Positions 25,040 through 38,119 of a stretch of DNA of 64,000 nt are shown here, one piece after another. Position 1 is the stretch's first letter. Every line of letters begins with the position of its first letter. Location: assembly GCF_035084215.1 (NCBI RefSeq), contig NC_090329.1, positions 41,354,001 through 41,418,000 of the forward strand, given 5' to 3'. The position numbers were made by a program, and so were the translations under genes. This DNA is from Heptranchias perlo (Eukaryota). The notes under the pieces were generated by a model. That model made no database searches. It saw only the letters and a list, made by a program, of their open reading frames with translations, and was not told the DNA's origin.

Positions 25040-25470
25040 TAGGCCATTTTGGCCTCCCAAGTGCCCTCCTGCATAAACGACAACTCATCCAAAACTTCAC
25101 TACCTGTATCCTATTCTAAGTTCTGCTCCTTTGTAAACCTCCCTTGGCTTCCTGTTCCTCTCCACAGCAAATTTCAAAATCTTTGTTGTCATCTTTCAGT
25201 TCTTCTGAGGCTACATCGTTCCCCACTTCTGCAACCTGCTGCAGCCCTACATACCAGTACACGCCCTTCACTCCTCCGACCGTGGCCTCCTTTGCACCCG
25301 CCTCGCTCTGCTCCATCTTTGGTTGTGGACCCATCAGCCATCTTGGCTCCATACTCTGGAACACTCACCCCAAATCCCTGTGGCTTGCTATTCTCTCCTG
25401 TCCATCAAAAGCCTCCTCAAAGCCTATCTCTTTGGCCTTGCCTTCAGTCACCTTCCCTAACTTTTCTCCC
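25040..25470 (+). mobile_element. Old L2-like LINE 3' fragment
   Basis: Degenerate QLIQN...PWLPV...FKI...LWNTHP...KSLLKAYLF, typical of the L2 ORF2 end. Confidence 0.6.
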
Positions 25471-25699
25471 AGTATTGTTCAATATCCAATATTACCAATG
25501 TGAAATTCTTCCGATGTTTTATCGTGTTGAAGTTGCAAGTTCTAATTTTCTGGCTTTATTTTCCTAAATTTGGGTGAAAAAAATCAGATGAAATCAGCAA
25601 ATACATGCTTTCAACGATCATGTTCAAAATGATCATGATCAGAAAACTTAAGGCTTAACCAGAAAAACAACTGGATAGAACAAGTAAAATATGTTTTTT

Positions 25700-26665
25700 G
25701 ATATATGTTAATGACTTGAACTTAGGTATGCAGGACATAATTTCAAAGTTTGCAGGTAACACGAAACTCGAAAATGTATTAAATAGTAAGGAGGATAGTA
25801 ACAGACTTCAGGAGGACATCGACAGACTGGTGAATTGAGCAGACACATGGCAGATGAAACTTAATGCAGAGAAATGTGAAGTGATACATTTTGGTAGGAA
25901 GAATGAGGAAAGCCGATATAAACTAAATGGTACAATTTTAAAGGGGGTGCAGGAACAGAGAGACCTGGGGCTGTACGTACACAAATCTTTGAAGGTGGCA
26001 GGACAAGGCGAGGATGCTCTTAAAAATGCATACAAGATCCGTGACTTTATAAACAGAGGCATAGAGCAAGGAAGTTACGCTAAACCTTTATCATTCACTG
26101 GTTAGGCCCCAGTTGGAGTATTGTGTCCAATTCTGAGCACCACACTTGAGGAAGGATGTCAAGACCTTAGACATAGTGCAGAGGAAATATACTAGAATGG
26201 TACTGGGGATGCGGAACTTGAGTTACGTGGAGAGACTAGAGAAGCTGGGGTTGTTCTCCTTGGAACAGAGAAGGTTAAGGGGAGATTTAATAGAGGTGTT
26301 CAAAATCATGAAGGCTTTTGATAGAGTAAATAAGGAGAAACTGTTTCCAATGGCAGATGGGCTGGTAACCAGAGGACACAGATTTAAGGTAATTGACAAA
26401 AGAACTAGAGGCAAAATTAGGAGAATTTTTTTTAACCCAGCAAGTTGTAATTATCTGGAATGCACTGTCTGAAAGGGTGGTGGAAGCAGTTTCAATAATA
26501 ATTTTCAAAAGGGAATTGAATAAATACTTGAAGGGCAAAAATTTTCAGGGCTGTGGGGAAAGGGTAGGGGAGTTGGACTAAGTGGATAGCTCTTTCATAG
26601 AGCCGGCACAGGCACAATGGGCACAGATCACCACCTTCTCTGTTGTATCATTCTATGATTCTATT
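25700..26665 (+). mobile_element. CR1 LINE 3' fragment
   Basis: MKLNAEKCEVIHFG and LEQRRLRGDLIEVFKIMK; tail cattctatgattcta. Confidence 0.9.
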
Positions 26666-27482
26666 TTAAGTAAGTAATGAATGCATCGAACCTTCTTCTC
26701 AATGTGTAATGTTAAAAGGAGTTAGCAAGCATCATTAGTTGTGTCCTTGGTGCCTTCTCCTGCTCCATGGAACTTTATTCTGCTGTCCATATGCAATGTA
26801 GCCAACTGAAGATATTGTCTACGTCGATACTGCCTGTTGCTAATGGAAGAAGATGAAGTGCGTCCTGTGTCAAATGGAGAAAGCCACTGCTTGCATCACA
26901 CCAGAATCGCAACATGCTGACTTTCCCATCTCTTGGGTTTCACCAGCTGTAACCCTAATTTTGGAATTCATGTTTCAGGGATAATTATTGGATTTAATTG
27001 GGCTTCACCCTAAAATCAAAAGGATTAATTACTATTATGGCTCGCTTGTTTTGGGCAGATATGTGTTCCTGATTTCATGTTCATAAAATGTGTGGCAAAG
27101 AACATAACAACATTTCAGCCTTGCCAGAGAAATAAAATTCCACTAAAATTAATGGAGGTCTGGTGAAAAATAGACGAGAAGCACAAAAGGTTAACAAGTC
27201 TGCTATACTTACATATTCATTAACTATACGTCAAAAGCTAACTTGATCTACTTTAGAACCCCTTCCTCCCACAAAGTTCTCTAATTATGTCACAGTACAA
27301 GATATGTTTTGGCCAGCTTTATATTTGTCTGTGGTAGAAATGATGAACTGCTTTAGATCTAAGGGTAAATTTTACAAATTTTATGCTCCACTATGGACAG
27401 AAAATGTACATGGTCCACCGAATTCCATGAATGAATTCCTGGATCTCCAACATATGCACCCATTGGGTGAAGCTCCATGCCA

Positions 27483-29170
27483 AGAGTGAAGAAGTTTCTC
27501 CTCATCTCAATTTTGAAAGAGCAGCCCCTTATTCAAAGATTATGCACCCTAGTTCTAGTTTCACCCATCCTTGGGAACGTCCTTACCGCATCCACCCGAT
27601 CAAGCCCCTTCACAATCTTATATGTTTCAATAAGATCGCCTCTCATTCTTCTGAACTCCAATGAGTAGAGTCCCAATCTACTCAACCTCTCCTCATAGGT
27701 ACGCCCCCTCATCCCTGGGATTAACCGAGTGAACCTTCTTTGCACTGCCTCAAGAGCAAGTATGTCTTTTCTTAAGTATGGAGACCAAAACTGTATGCAG
27801 TATTCCAGGTGCGGTCTCACCAATACCTTATATAACTGCAGCAATACCTCCCTGTTTTTATATTCTATCCCCCTAGCAATAAAAGCCAACATTCCGTTGG
27901 CCTTCTTGATCACCTGCTGCACCTGCATACTAACTTTTTGATTTTCTTGCACTAGGACCCCCAGATCCCCTTGTACTGCAGTACTTTCCAGTTTCTCGCC
28001 ATTAAAATAATAACTTGCTCTCTGATTTTTCCTGCCAAAGTGCATAACCTCACATTTTCCAATATTGTATTGCATCTGCCAAATCTCCGCCCACTCACCC
28101 AGCCTGTCTATATCCCCTTGTAGGTTTTTTATGTCCTCCTCACTCTCTACTTTCCCTCCCATCTTTGTATCATCTGCAAACTTTGATATGTTACACTCGG
28201 TCCCCTCCTCCAAATCGTTAATATAGATTGTAAAGAGTTGGGGACCCAGCACTGACCCCTGCGGAACACCACTGGCTACTGGTTGCCAGTCCGAGAATGA
28301 ACCATTTATCCCAACTCTCTGCTTCCTGTTAGATAACCAATCCTCCACCCATGCCAGAATATTACCCCCAATCCAGTGATTCTTTATCTTGAGCAATAAT
28401 CTTTTATGTGGCACCTTGTCGAATGCCTTCTGGAAGTCTAAATACACTACGTCCACTGGTTCCCCTTTATCCACCCTGTATGTTATGTCCTCAAAGAACT
28501 CAAGCAAATTTGTCAGACATGACTTCCCCTTCATAAAGCCATGCTGACTTTGTCCTATTAAATTATGTTTATCCAAATGTTCCGCTACTGTCTCCTTAAT
28601 AATAGACTCCAAAATTTTACCTAACTGGTCTATAATTTCCAGCCTTCTGCCTACTACCCTTTTTAAATAAGGGTGTTACATTAGCAGTTTTCCAATCTGC
28701 CGGGACCTTTGCTGAGTCCAGAGAATTTTGGAAAATTATTACCAAAGCATCCACAGTCCCTACTGTCACTTCCCTCTAGACCCTAGAATGTAAGCCATCA
28801 GGTCCAGGGGATTTATCCGTCTTGAGTCCCATTAATTTACTGAGTACCAATTCCTTAGTGATTTTAATCGTATTTAGCTCCTCCCCCCCCCTAGAGCCCC
28901 CTGTTTGTCCAGTGTTGGGATATTCTTAGTGTCCTCTACCGTAAAGACTAAAACAAAATATTTGTTCAGCATTTTTGCCATCTCCATGTTTCCCACCATT
29001 AATTTCCCGGTCTCATCCTCTAAGGGACCTACGTTTGCCTTAGCCACCCTTTTTCTTTTTATATAACTGTAGAAACTCTTGCTATCTGTTTTTATATTTT
29101 TTGCCAATTTATTTTCATAATCTATCTTCCCTTTCTTAATCAATCCTTTAGTTACTTTTTGCTGTCTTTT
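27483..29170 (-). mobile_element. Young CR1 LINE internal fragment with a long open RT frame; lacks its 3' end
   Basis: ORF 27533-28612 (359 aa) with QHGF, YLDFQKAFDKVPH, GVPQGSVLGP and FADD. Confidence 0.95.
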
Positions 29171-30065
29171 GAACTGGAAGATGTTAAAGAGATAAAGCTT
29201 TTAAGCAAGTACAGAGCCAGGGAAAGGAGGGGCGGGGAGGAAAGAACAAATGGGAAGGTCTGTGATAGGGTGGAGGGCACGAGTGATTAAATGACAAAAG
29301 GGATGATGATGCAAGGCAAGGAAGGTGGTAATGGGACAGGTTAAGAAACAAAAGATTGATCAGAAGTAGCTGTAAATGGCAGCAGCAAAACCATTACCAG
29401 CACAAGGTGACCGAAAAAATGGGAACAGTGGTTGTGATCTTAAGTTATTGAAATCAATGTTGAGTCCGGAAGGTTGTAAAGTGCCTAAATGAAACGTGAG
29501 GTGCTGTTCCTCGAGCTTACGTTGAGCTTCATTGGAACAGTGTAAGAGGCCAAGGACAGAGAGGTCAGAGTAGGATTGGGAAGGGGAATTAAAATGGCAA
29601 GCGACCAGCAGGTCAGGGTCACGCTTGTGGACAGAGCAGAGGTGTTGAGCAAAGTGATCACCCAGTCTGCGTTTGGTCTCCGCAATGTAGAGGAGACCTC
29701 ATTGTGAGCAGCGAATACAGTATACTAAATTGAAAGAAGTACAAATAAACCGCTGTTTCACCTGGATGGAGTGTTTGGAGCCCTGGATGGTGGGAAGGAA
29801 GGAGGGGAAGGGGCAGGTGTTGCATCTCCTGCACTGGCATGGGAAGGTGTTGTGGGGAGGAGAGCGAGAGTTGGGGGTGATAGAAGAGTGGACTAGGGTG
29901 TCGAGGAGGGAGCGGTCACTCCGGAATGCTGAAAGGGGAGGGGGATGATGTGTTTGGTGGTGGGATCGCGCTGTAGCTAGCGGAACTGGCGGAGGATGAT
30001 ACGTTGAATGCGGTGGAAGGTGAGGACAAGGGGGACCCTATCATGGTTCTGAAAGGGAAGGGAAG
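29171..30065 (-). mobile_element. Degenerate Penelope-like element (GIY-YIG region and 3' UTR)
   Basis: Reverse strand reads SFNLVYCIRCSQ*GLLYIAETKRRLGDHFAQH. The 3' part is homologous to 44000-44160 and 52960-53200. Confidence 0.8.
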
Positions 30066-30769
30066 GGGTGCTTTTATGTTGATTTTATGTTGATTTAAAT
30101 TCAATTGAATCTTATTTAAGAACATAACAATTTAGGAATGATGAAAATAATACTTTTGTTTGGTCTGATTTATATGTCTTGCATATGTATCATTTTAAAA
30201 TTGTTGTAGCCTTAAAATAGCACTACACTGAACACTTCAATGGCTAATAAGAGATGCTTTGTCTGGATCAGAGTCCCAGAAAGCTTTGATCCAGAATTAG
30301 TCGACAAAGGTTCTCTTTGAAGGAAAAAGGGTATTTTAAATGATAATTACATGATCGGCATCCCAGACAAGAATATTGTTTGTAACTAGTGTGCGAGTAA
30401 TGTTAGCAGGGATGGGTGGGTTAGCTGTTAGATGCATATGGCTCTTTGTTCCCATAACCGCTAAACAAACTGAGATCCATCGTACATTGTGGTTCAGGAT
30501 TAGTGTCATTGTCAGGAGCAAGACGTTATTGTTGCTTTGATGCTTAAAGCAATCAAGCTGATGAACAATACTATTTTCAAGAAACTTGTTTAACTTCAAA
30601 GGGGAAAACATGAAGAATGAAATTTTTATTTTACCGCCCTTTTAGCATATTTTTTAAGCAAACTGATTTTTTTTTAACTCACCAGTGGCTGGCCAGCCAA
30701 TCATGTCCATCAACCACACTGTACTTTCTGAAGCCAAGTGAGAACATATAACCAATGCAGCGGGGAGTC

Positions 30770-33700
30770 CCTGGGAGTCAAAGACAAGCATTGATCATGA
30801 TCAAACAAATCAGAGAGTTAAATGTGTGGCTCAACGAATGATATGGGAAACACGGGTTTCGATTCATGGGGCACAGGCACCAGTACCGGGGAAAGAGGGA
30901 GCTGTTCCGTTGGGATGGGTTCCACTTAAATCAGGCTAGGACTAGCGTCCTGGTGAATCGAATAACTAGGGCTGTAGATAGGGCTTTAAACTAAAAGGGG
31001 GGGGAGGGGTCAGGTGAGGGGAAAGTTAGAAATCTAATGAGAAAAGTCAAGGCAACAGAGCAGTGTAGTGACTTGGGTAAAGGTAAGCAGAGTGTGGCAG
31101 GAAGGGACAGAGAGTTTACCAATAATAGAGCATCAACAAGTAAGGTCAAAGCAGGAAAAAATGGTAAAAAGTCAAAATTAAAGACTTTATCTGAATGCAC
31201 AGAGCATTCATAATTACAGACACATGGTTGCAAAATGACCAAGACTGGGAATTAAATATTCCAGGGTACATGCCATTTAGAAAAGACAGGCAGAATGGAA
31301 AAGGTGTGGGAGTAGCCCTTTTAATAAAGGATGACATAAGGACAGTGGTGAGAAAGGATCTTGGCTCGGAAGATCCGGAAGCAGAATCAGTATGGGTGGA
31401 AATAAGAAATAACAAGGGCCCCCTAATAATAGCTATACTGTTGGACAAAGTATTAATCATGACATAATAGGAGCTTGTCTCAAAGGTAATGCAGTAATCA
31501 TGGGGGACCTTAATCTTCATATAGACTGGACAAATCAAATTAGTAAAGGTAGTTTGGAGGACAAGTTCATTGAATGCATTCACGATGGTTTCCTAGGGCA
31601 ATACATCATGGAACCAACCAGGGAACAGACTATTTTAGATCTTGTATTATGTAATGAGACAGGGTTAATTAGAAATCTCACAGTAAAAGATCCCCTGGGG
31701 AAGAGCGATCATGACATGATAGAATTTCACATGAGTTTGAGAGTGACATACTTAAGTTCGAAAACAGAGTCTTAAAATTAAATAAAGCCAATTATATAGG
31801 TATAAGGGGTGAGTTGGCTAAGGTAGATTGGGAAATTAAATTAAAGGGTATGACTGTTGAAAAGCAATGGCAAACATTTAAAGAAATATTTCAATATTCT
31901 CAACAAATACACATTCCATTGAGAAATAAAAACTCCATGGGAAAAGTGGTCCAACTGTGGCTAACTAAAGAAGCTGAGGCTAGTATTAGATTAAAAGAGG
32001 CCTATAATGTTGCCAAGAAGAGTAGAAAACCTAAGGGTTAGGAGAGTTTTAGAAACCAGCAAAGGACAACTAAAAAAATTGATGATAAGGGAGAAAATAG
32101 AATATGAAAGTAAACTAGCAAGAAATATAAAAATGGATTGTAAGGGCTTCTACAAGTATGTAAAAAAGAGAATAGCAAAAGTAAATGTTGGTCCCCTAGA
32201 GGCTGAGGCAGGATAAACTATAATGGGGAAACAGGAAATGGCAGATTTGTTAAACAAATATTTTGTATCTGTCTTCACAGTAGAAGACTCAAAAAGTATA
32301 CCAGAAATAGTGGGGAACAAAGGGGCTAATGAGAGGGAGAAACTTAAAATAATTATTACCAGTAGAGAAAAAGTACTTGAGAAACTAATGGGACTAAAAG
32401 CCAATAAATCCCCTGGACCTGATGGCTTACGTCCGAGGGTTCTAAAAGAGGTGGCTGCAGAGATAGTGGATGCATTGGTTGTGATTTTCCCAAATTCCCT
32501 AGATTCTAGGACAGGCCCAGCAGATTGAAAGGTAGCTAATGTAACCCCGCTATTCAAGAAGGGAGGGAGAGAGAAAACAGGGACCTACATGCCAGTTGGA
32601 CTGACATCGGTCGTTGGAAAAATGCTGGAATCCATTATTCAGGAAGAGGTAACGGAGCACTTAGGAAATCATAATATGATTAGGCAGAGTCAACATGGTT
32701 TTATGAAAGGGAAATTGTCTTTGACAAATTTATTAGAGTTTTTGAGAATGTAACTAGCAGGGTAGATAAAGGAGAACCAGTGGATGTATTATATTTGGAT
32801 TTTCAAAAGGCATTCAATAAGGTGCCATGGGGTTGGGGGTAACATATTAGCATGGATAGAGGATTGGGTAAAGGACAGAAAACAGAGAGTAGGGATAAAT
32901 GGTCATTTTCAGGTTGGCAGGCTGTAACTAGTGGGGTACCGCAAGGATCAGTGCTAGGGCGTCAGTTATTTACAATCTTTATTAATGACTTGGATGAAGG
33001 GACCGAATGTAGTGTATCCAAGTTTGCTGATGATACAAAGCTAGGTGGGAAAGCAAGCTGTGAGGAGGATACAAAGAGTCTGCAAAGGGATATAGACAAG
33101 TTAAGTGAGTGGGCAAAAAGGTGGCACATGGAGTATAATGTGGGGAAATGTGAGTTTATTCACTTTGGTAGGAAGAATAGAAAAACAGAATATTTTTTAA
33201 ATGGTGAGAAAGTATTAAATGTTGGTGTCCAGAGAAACTTGGGTGTCCTCGTACAAGAAACAGAAAATGTTAGCATGCAGGTATAGCAAGCAATTGGTAA
33301 GGCAAATGGCATGTTGGCATTTATTGCAAGGGGGTTGGAGTACAACAGTAAGGAAGTCTTACTACAATTGTACAGGGCTTTGGTCAGACCTCACCTGGAG
33401 TACTGGGTACAGTTTTGCTCTCCTTATCTAAGGAAGGATATACTTGCCTTAGAGGCGGTGCGACGAAGGTTCACTAGATTAATTCCTGGGATGAGAGGAT
33501 TGTCCTATGAGGAGAGGTTGAGTAGAATGGGCCTATACTCTCTGGAAGAAGAATGAGAGGTGATCTCATTGAAACATATAAGATTCTAAGGGGTCTTGAC
33601 AGGGTAGATGCTGAGAGGTTGTTTCTCCTGGCTTTGGAGTTTAGAACTAGGGGGCATAGTCTCAGGATAAGGGGTCGGCCATTTAAGACTGAGATGAGGA

Positions 33701-33950
33701 GGGATTTCGTCACACACAGATTGGTGAGTCCTTAGAATTCTCTACCCAAGAGGGCTGTGGATGCTAAGTCATTGAGTATATTCAAGGCTGAGATAGATAG
33801 ATTTTTGGACTCTAGGGGAATCAAGGGATATGGATATAGGGCAGGAAAGTGGAGTTGAGGTCAAAGATCAGCCATGATCTGATTGAATGGCAGAGCAGGC
33901 TCGAGGGACCGTATGGCCTACTTCTGCTCCTATTTCTTATTTCTTATGAT
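30770..33950 (+). mobile_element. Degenerate CR1 LINE (ORF1 C-terminus, ORF2, 3' UTR)
   Basis: ORF1 end DGFHLN...ITRAVDRALN*; endonuclease and RT fragments (TDTW, GDLN, SDH, KSPGPDG, GVPQGS, FADD); tail ttcttatttcttatg. Confidence 0.92.
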
Positions 33951-33974
33951 ATTTCTATCCCTTAGTCTCAGAAA

Positions 33975-34375
33975 TACTTATTGAAACATATAAAATTGTG
34001 AAGGGGCTTGATCGGGTGGATGCGGTAAGGATGTTCCCAAGGATGGGTGAAAATAGAACTAGGGGGCATAATCTTAGAATAAGGGGCTGCTCTTTCAAAA
34101 CTGAGATGAGGAGAAACTTCTTCACTCAGAGGGTAGTAGGTCTGTGGAATTTGCTGCCCCAGGAAGCTGTGGAAGCTACGTCATTAAATAAATTTAAAAC
34201 AGAAATCGACAGTTTCCTAGAAGTAAAGGGAATTAGGGGTTACGGGGAGCGGGCAGGAAATTGGACATGAATTTAGATTTGAGATTAGGATCAGATCAGC
34301 CATGATCTTATTGAATGGCGGAGCAGGCTCGAGAGGCCGATTGGCCTACTCTTGCTCCTAGTTCTTATGTTCTTA
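33975..34375 (+). mobile_element. CR1 3' fragment, same young subfamily as 27483-29170
   Basis: KGLDRVDAVRMFPRMGE matches the 27.5 kb copy; tail ttcttatgttctta. Confidence 0.9.
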
Positions 34376-36689
34376 TAAATGTTGCAAGAGTGGCAATGCT
34401 GATCAGGAAGCCACCCACCTTGTGGTAAGTTAAAAAAATTATGCAAACAATTGTTATCAAAATAAATTTAATTAAAATAAATACACTGTCATATTTCTCA
34501 AACAACTGCTCACAGATAAGGCCTCTGTAGGGCCTTATCCTTGAGCACTTACTTATTATTAAGCAGTGTCACTTTAGAGGTGATCACTACTTTCCTGGTG
34601 GTCCTTACATTATGATAAATGACTGATGATTTTTTTGGTTGCCTTCGCATCAGCCTGCAAATCTGTGCAAAATGCTGGTTTCCATTCCAATCAAGGGAGT
34701 CACTCTGCTAGGCACACAAGCCACCTCTGTAACCTATATTAGCAGAGTGGTTCGTAATGTGAGTGGAGACCCAAAATGCCTGGACTCGATTAGAACAAAA
34801 AGATGGACTTAAAACTTAAAGCATATGACCACAGTTCCCATCTGCAGGTACTAAGGCAATTTTGGGGAGTAGGCAGTAATTACGAATAGTTACCTCCGAA
34901 CCATTAAAATCTCATTTCCCTTTTTCCGTAATGTAATCTGATGCCGATATCATCCAGTGGAATATGGACAATAGTGTAAATTTAACAACCAAAAATTACT
35001 CCTTTGACCTTTGTTAACTATTTTGACATAGTTCCCACTGGTGGCAATGTAGAAAGCAGCATGGAAAACCATACATTTAAGCTGCAGGGAGTTAGAATTC
35101 GGGCAGGGTCCATGGTATAATAGTTTACTCATGATCTGTGGGAGGAATGGACTAGGTTGGCTGAATGGCTGTTTCTGTTCAATGTAATTTTTGCAGCCTA
35201 TCCATTCATATACATCAAATACTCAGGCAAAAGTACTGTTAGGAGGGATGCGGAGGACTGCAGAAGGCACCATCATGATCTCGAAAGGGTGACATAGGTG
35301 AATATGGGAAATAAAATAGGTCTACAAGATAAGGGCCAGAAGTGAGCTTATTCTTCTGAAAAAAATTACTGACCACTACAGACAGGAAATTCAATGCACT
35401 TTTAAACATCACGAGTATGGAATAAGTTCTTAGATTCTGAGAAACTTATCTGACATTATAAATTATATCATGTCATTTACTGTATAAAAATATTCAACTA
35501 GATATAATGTTATCCCAGTAAAACATTTCAGACAAATGCACAACATATGATACTGATTGTCCAGTTTGATATGCATTTTATAAAGTTTCTAAGCAACAAT
35601 TACTTCCATGTTTTAGCAGCAAACTTTAAAAAGAAAACTTCTTCTTCAGATGATGCAGAGTCTCAAATCACAATAATAAAATATGCCCTAATATTTACTG
35701 AATTGACTTATTTACATCCTAAACTATGGATGGAAGAACACACCATCTGAAGAGGAGAATGAAAATAATGAAGATGAAATGGAAAAAGAGGGAGTAAGCT
35801 GTACTGGCACTGCACATCTAACGTCTGAGAGGCAAAACACAATTGGGAAATGAAAAAATCAGGACGACTTCATCTCAGTTACAGGATCCTCCATCACCCC
35901 ACATTAAAAGATGATGAGATTGTGCCCAATTGCATCTAAAAGCACGAAGTGATACGTCAGCCAGCAGTTGTCCTTCACAACTCTATCCTTTCCATTAGAC
36001 AATATTGATGATATGGAATATCTTGAGGGCTGAGGGCCCGATCGTTCTTTGGTGCTGTGAAAATTTACCGAACATCAGCTCTCCAGGTCACACAATGTTA
36101 ATCAGTGCTCCTTGGCAGCTGATCGACAGTCTGAGATTGTTAAAGCACACTCAAGTACCATTAGGTAGTATTTTCCTCAGTGGTATTGGAAGGCCAGACG
36201 AGGAAAATTGGGGCAAGTCCTGTCCTCCCCCACCCCTACCTGCCACAAATGCACCAAGTTTGCAGCCCGATGCATTTTCCAGCAGCCAGGGCCATCAGTG
36301 ATAGAAGCACTCACCTCAAACAGGGGGGCACTTCATTTAAATATGTATTTGGGAGCATGTCCATCCTGCATGTCAACTTCCCATTGTTCTGGTTTGCAGG
36401 ATGCATAATGTAAAGAACATTCATTTGACATGGACATCCAGGGCTGCTAGAAAGCAGTAAACATTCAATATGTCATGGAAAGGACACAACATAAAAAGGT
36501 AAGTGTATTTTGGCCATTTTATTCCCCTTAGGCTTTCATCAACTTTTGTGCCAATTAATGAATATTATTTTTATTTCTCCCCAGCAGCATTACTGGCATC
36601 AATTGGTTTCCTGATGGGAAGCCCCTTATCTGCCATGTCTAGAAGAAGAGGAGGAATGCCAGACAGGTCAGTCTGTCTGAAAGCTTAAG

Positions 36690-37298
36690 TATCCACTCCC
36701 TCCACCGTGGCTGCAGTGTGTACTATCTACAGATGCACTGCAACAAGTCGCCAAGGTTTCTCCGGCAGCATCTCTCAATCCTGCAACCTCCGCCACCTAG
36801 AAGGACAAGGGCAGCAGATGCTTGGGAACAGCATCACCTCCAGGTCCCCTTCCAAGTCACACATCAATGCGACTTGGACATATATCGTCATTCCTTCATT
36901 GTCGTTGGGTCAAAATCCAGAAATTCCCTACGCAACAGCATTATAGAAGTTACTTCATTACAAGGACAAGTAACTTGAGACATGACCTATGGTTCCCAAA
37001 ACTCTCCATCACTGGAGTTTTCCTCATGTCATTTCTGGGTCTGTTGAAGATTAATTGATAGAGATTGATTGCTATGATTAGTCAATAGCTCCATTATCAT
37101 TGTATCATGCAACTACCAAGATAGCAGAAGGCAAATTAGATGGATTGTGGTCTTTTTCCATCTAGCAATTCCTATGTTCCTATGACCGCAGTGGTTCAAG
37201 AAGAAGGCCGCGCCACCTGAAGGGCAACTGGGGATGGGCCATAAATGCCGGCTTTACCAGTGATGTCCATATCCTGAGAATTAATTATTAAAAAAAAC
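36690..37298 (+). mobile_element. Older LINE 3' fragment (10886 family) interrupted at about 36968-37184 by a sequence ending in (TTCCTATG)2
   Basis: Homology to 10915-11300 stops after caaggac and resumes at gaccgcagtggttcaagaag. Confidence 0.75.
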
Positions 37299-37342
37299 TG
37301 GCCACTTTTTCTATTCTTTTTGATTGGCAAAAATAATTTTAA

Positions 37343-38119
37343 CAGAATCTCACCCACTGACAGAGAACCTCACCCACTGTTAGAGAACTTCACCCACTGT
37401 TAGAGAACTTCACCCACTGTTAGAGAACTTCACCCATTGGTGCACAACGTCACCAACTATTAGAGAACCTCACCCACTGGCAGAGAACTTCATACACTGG
37501 TGTAGAACCTCTCCCACTGGCAGAGAACTTCATACACTGGTGTAGAACCTCTCCCACTGGCAGAGAACTTCATACACTGGTGTAGAACCTCTCCCACTGG
37601 TGCAGAACCTCTCCCACTGGCAGAGAACTTCACCCACTGGTGTAGAACCTCACCCACTGGCAGAGAACCTCACCCACTGGCACAGAACCTCACCCTCTGG
37701 TAGAGAATCTCACCCACTGGCAAAGAACTTCACACACTGTTGTAGAACCTCACCCACTAACAGAGAACCTCATCTGCTGACAGAGAACCTCACCCACTGG
37801 CACAGAATTTCACCCATTGGTATAGAACTTCACCACTGGCAAAGAACCTCATTCACTGGCAGAGAACCTCACACACTGGCAGAGAACTTCACATACTGGC
37901 AAAGAACTTCACCCACTGGCACAGAATCTCACTCAGTAGCAGAGAACCTCACACACTGGCAGAGAAACTCATCCATTGGCAGAGAACCTCACTCACTTGA
38001 CAGAACCTCACCCACTGGCAAAGAACCTCACCCACTGGCAGAGAACCTCACTCACTTGACAGAACCTCACCCACTGGCACAGAACCTCACCCTCTGGCAG
38101 AGAACCTCACCCACTGGCA
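37343..38119 (+). repeat. Minisatellite, 20-bp unit CAGAGAACCTCACCCACTGG, about 39 copies
   Basis: Direct tandem periodicity visible in the sequence. Confidence 0.95.

Noticed and set aside
35590-35800. Acidic exon-like stretch (TPSEEENENNEDEMEKEG followed by GTAAGC)
   Set aside because: In-frame stop just upstream, no consistent acceptor frame and no recognisable homology.
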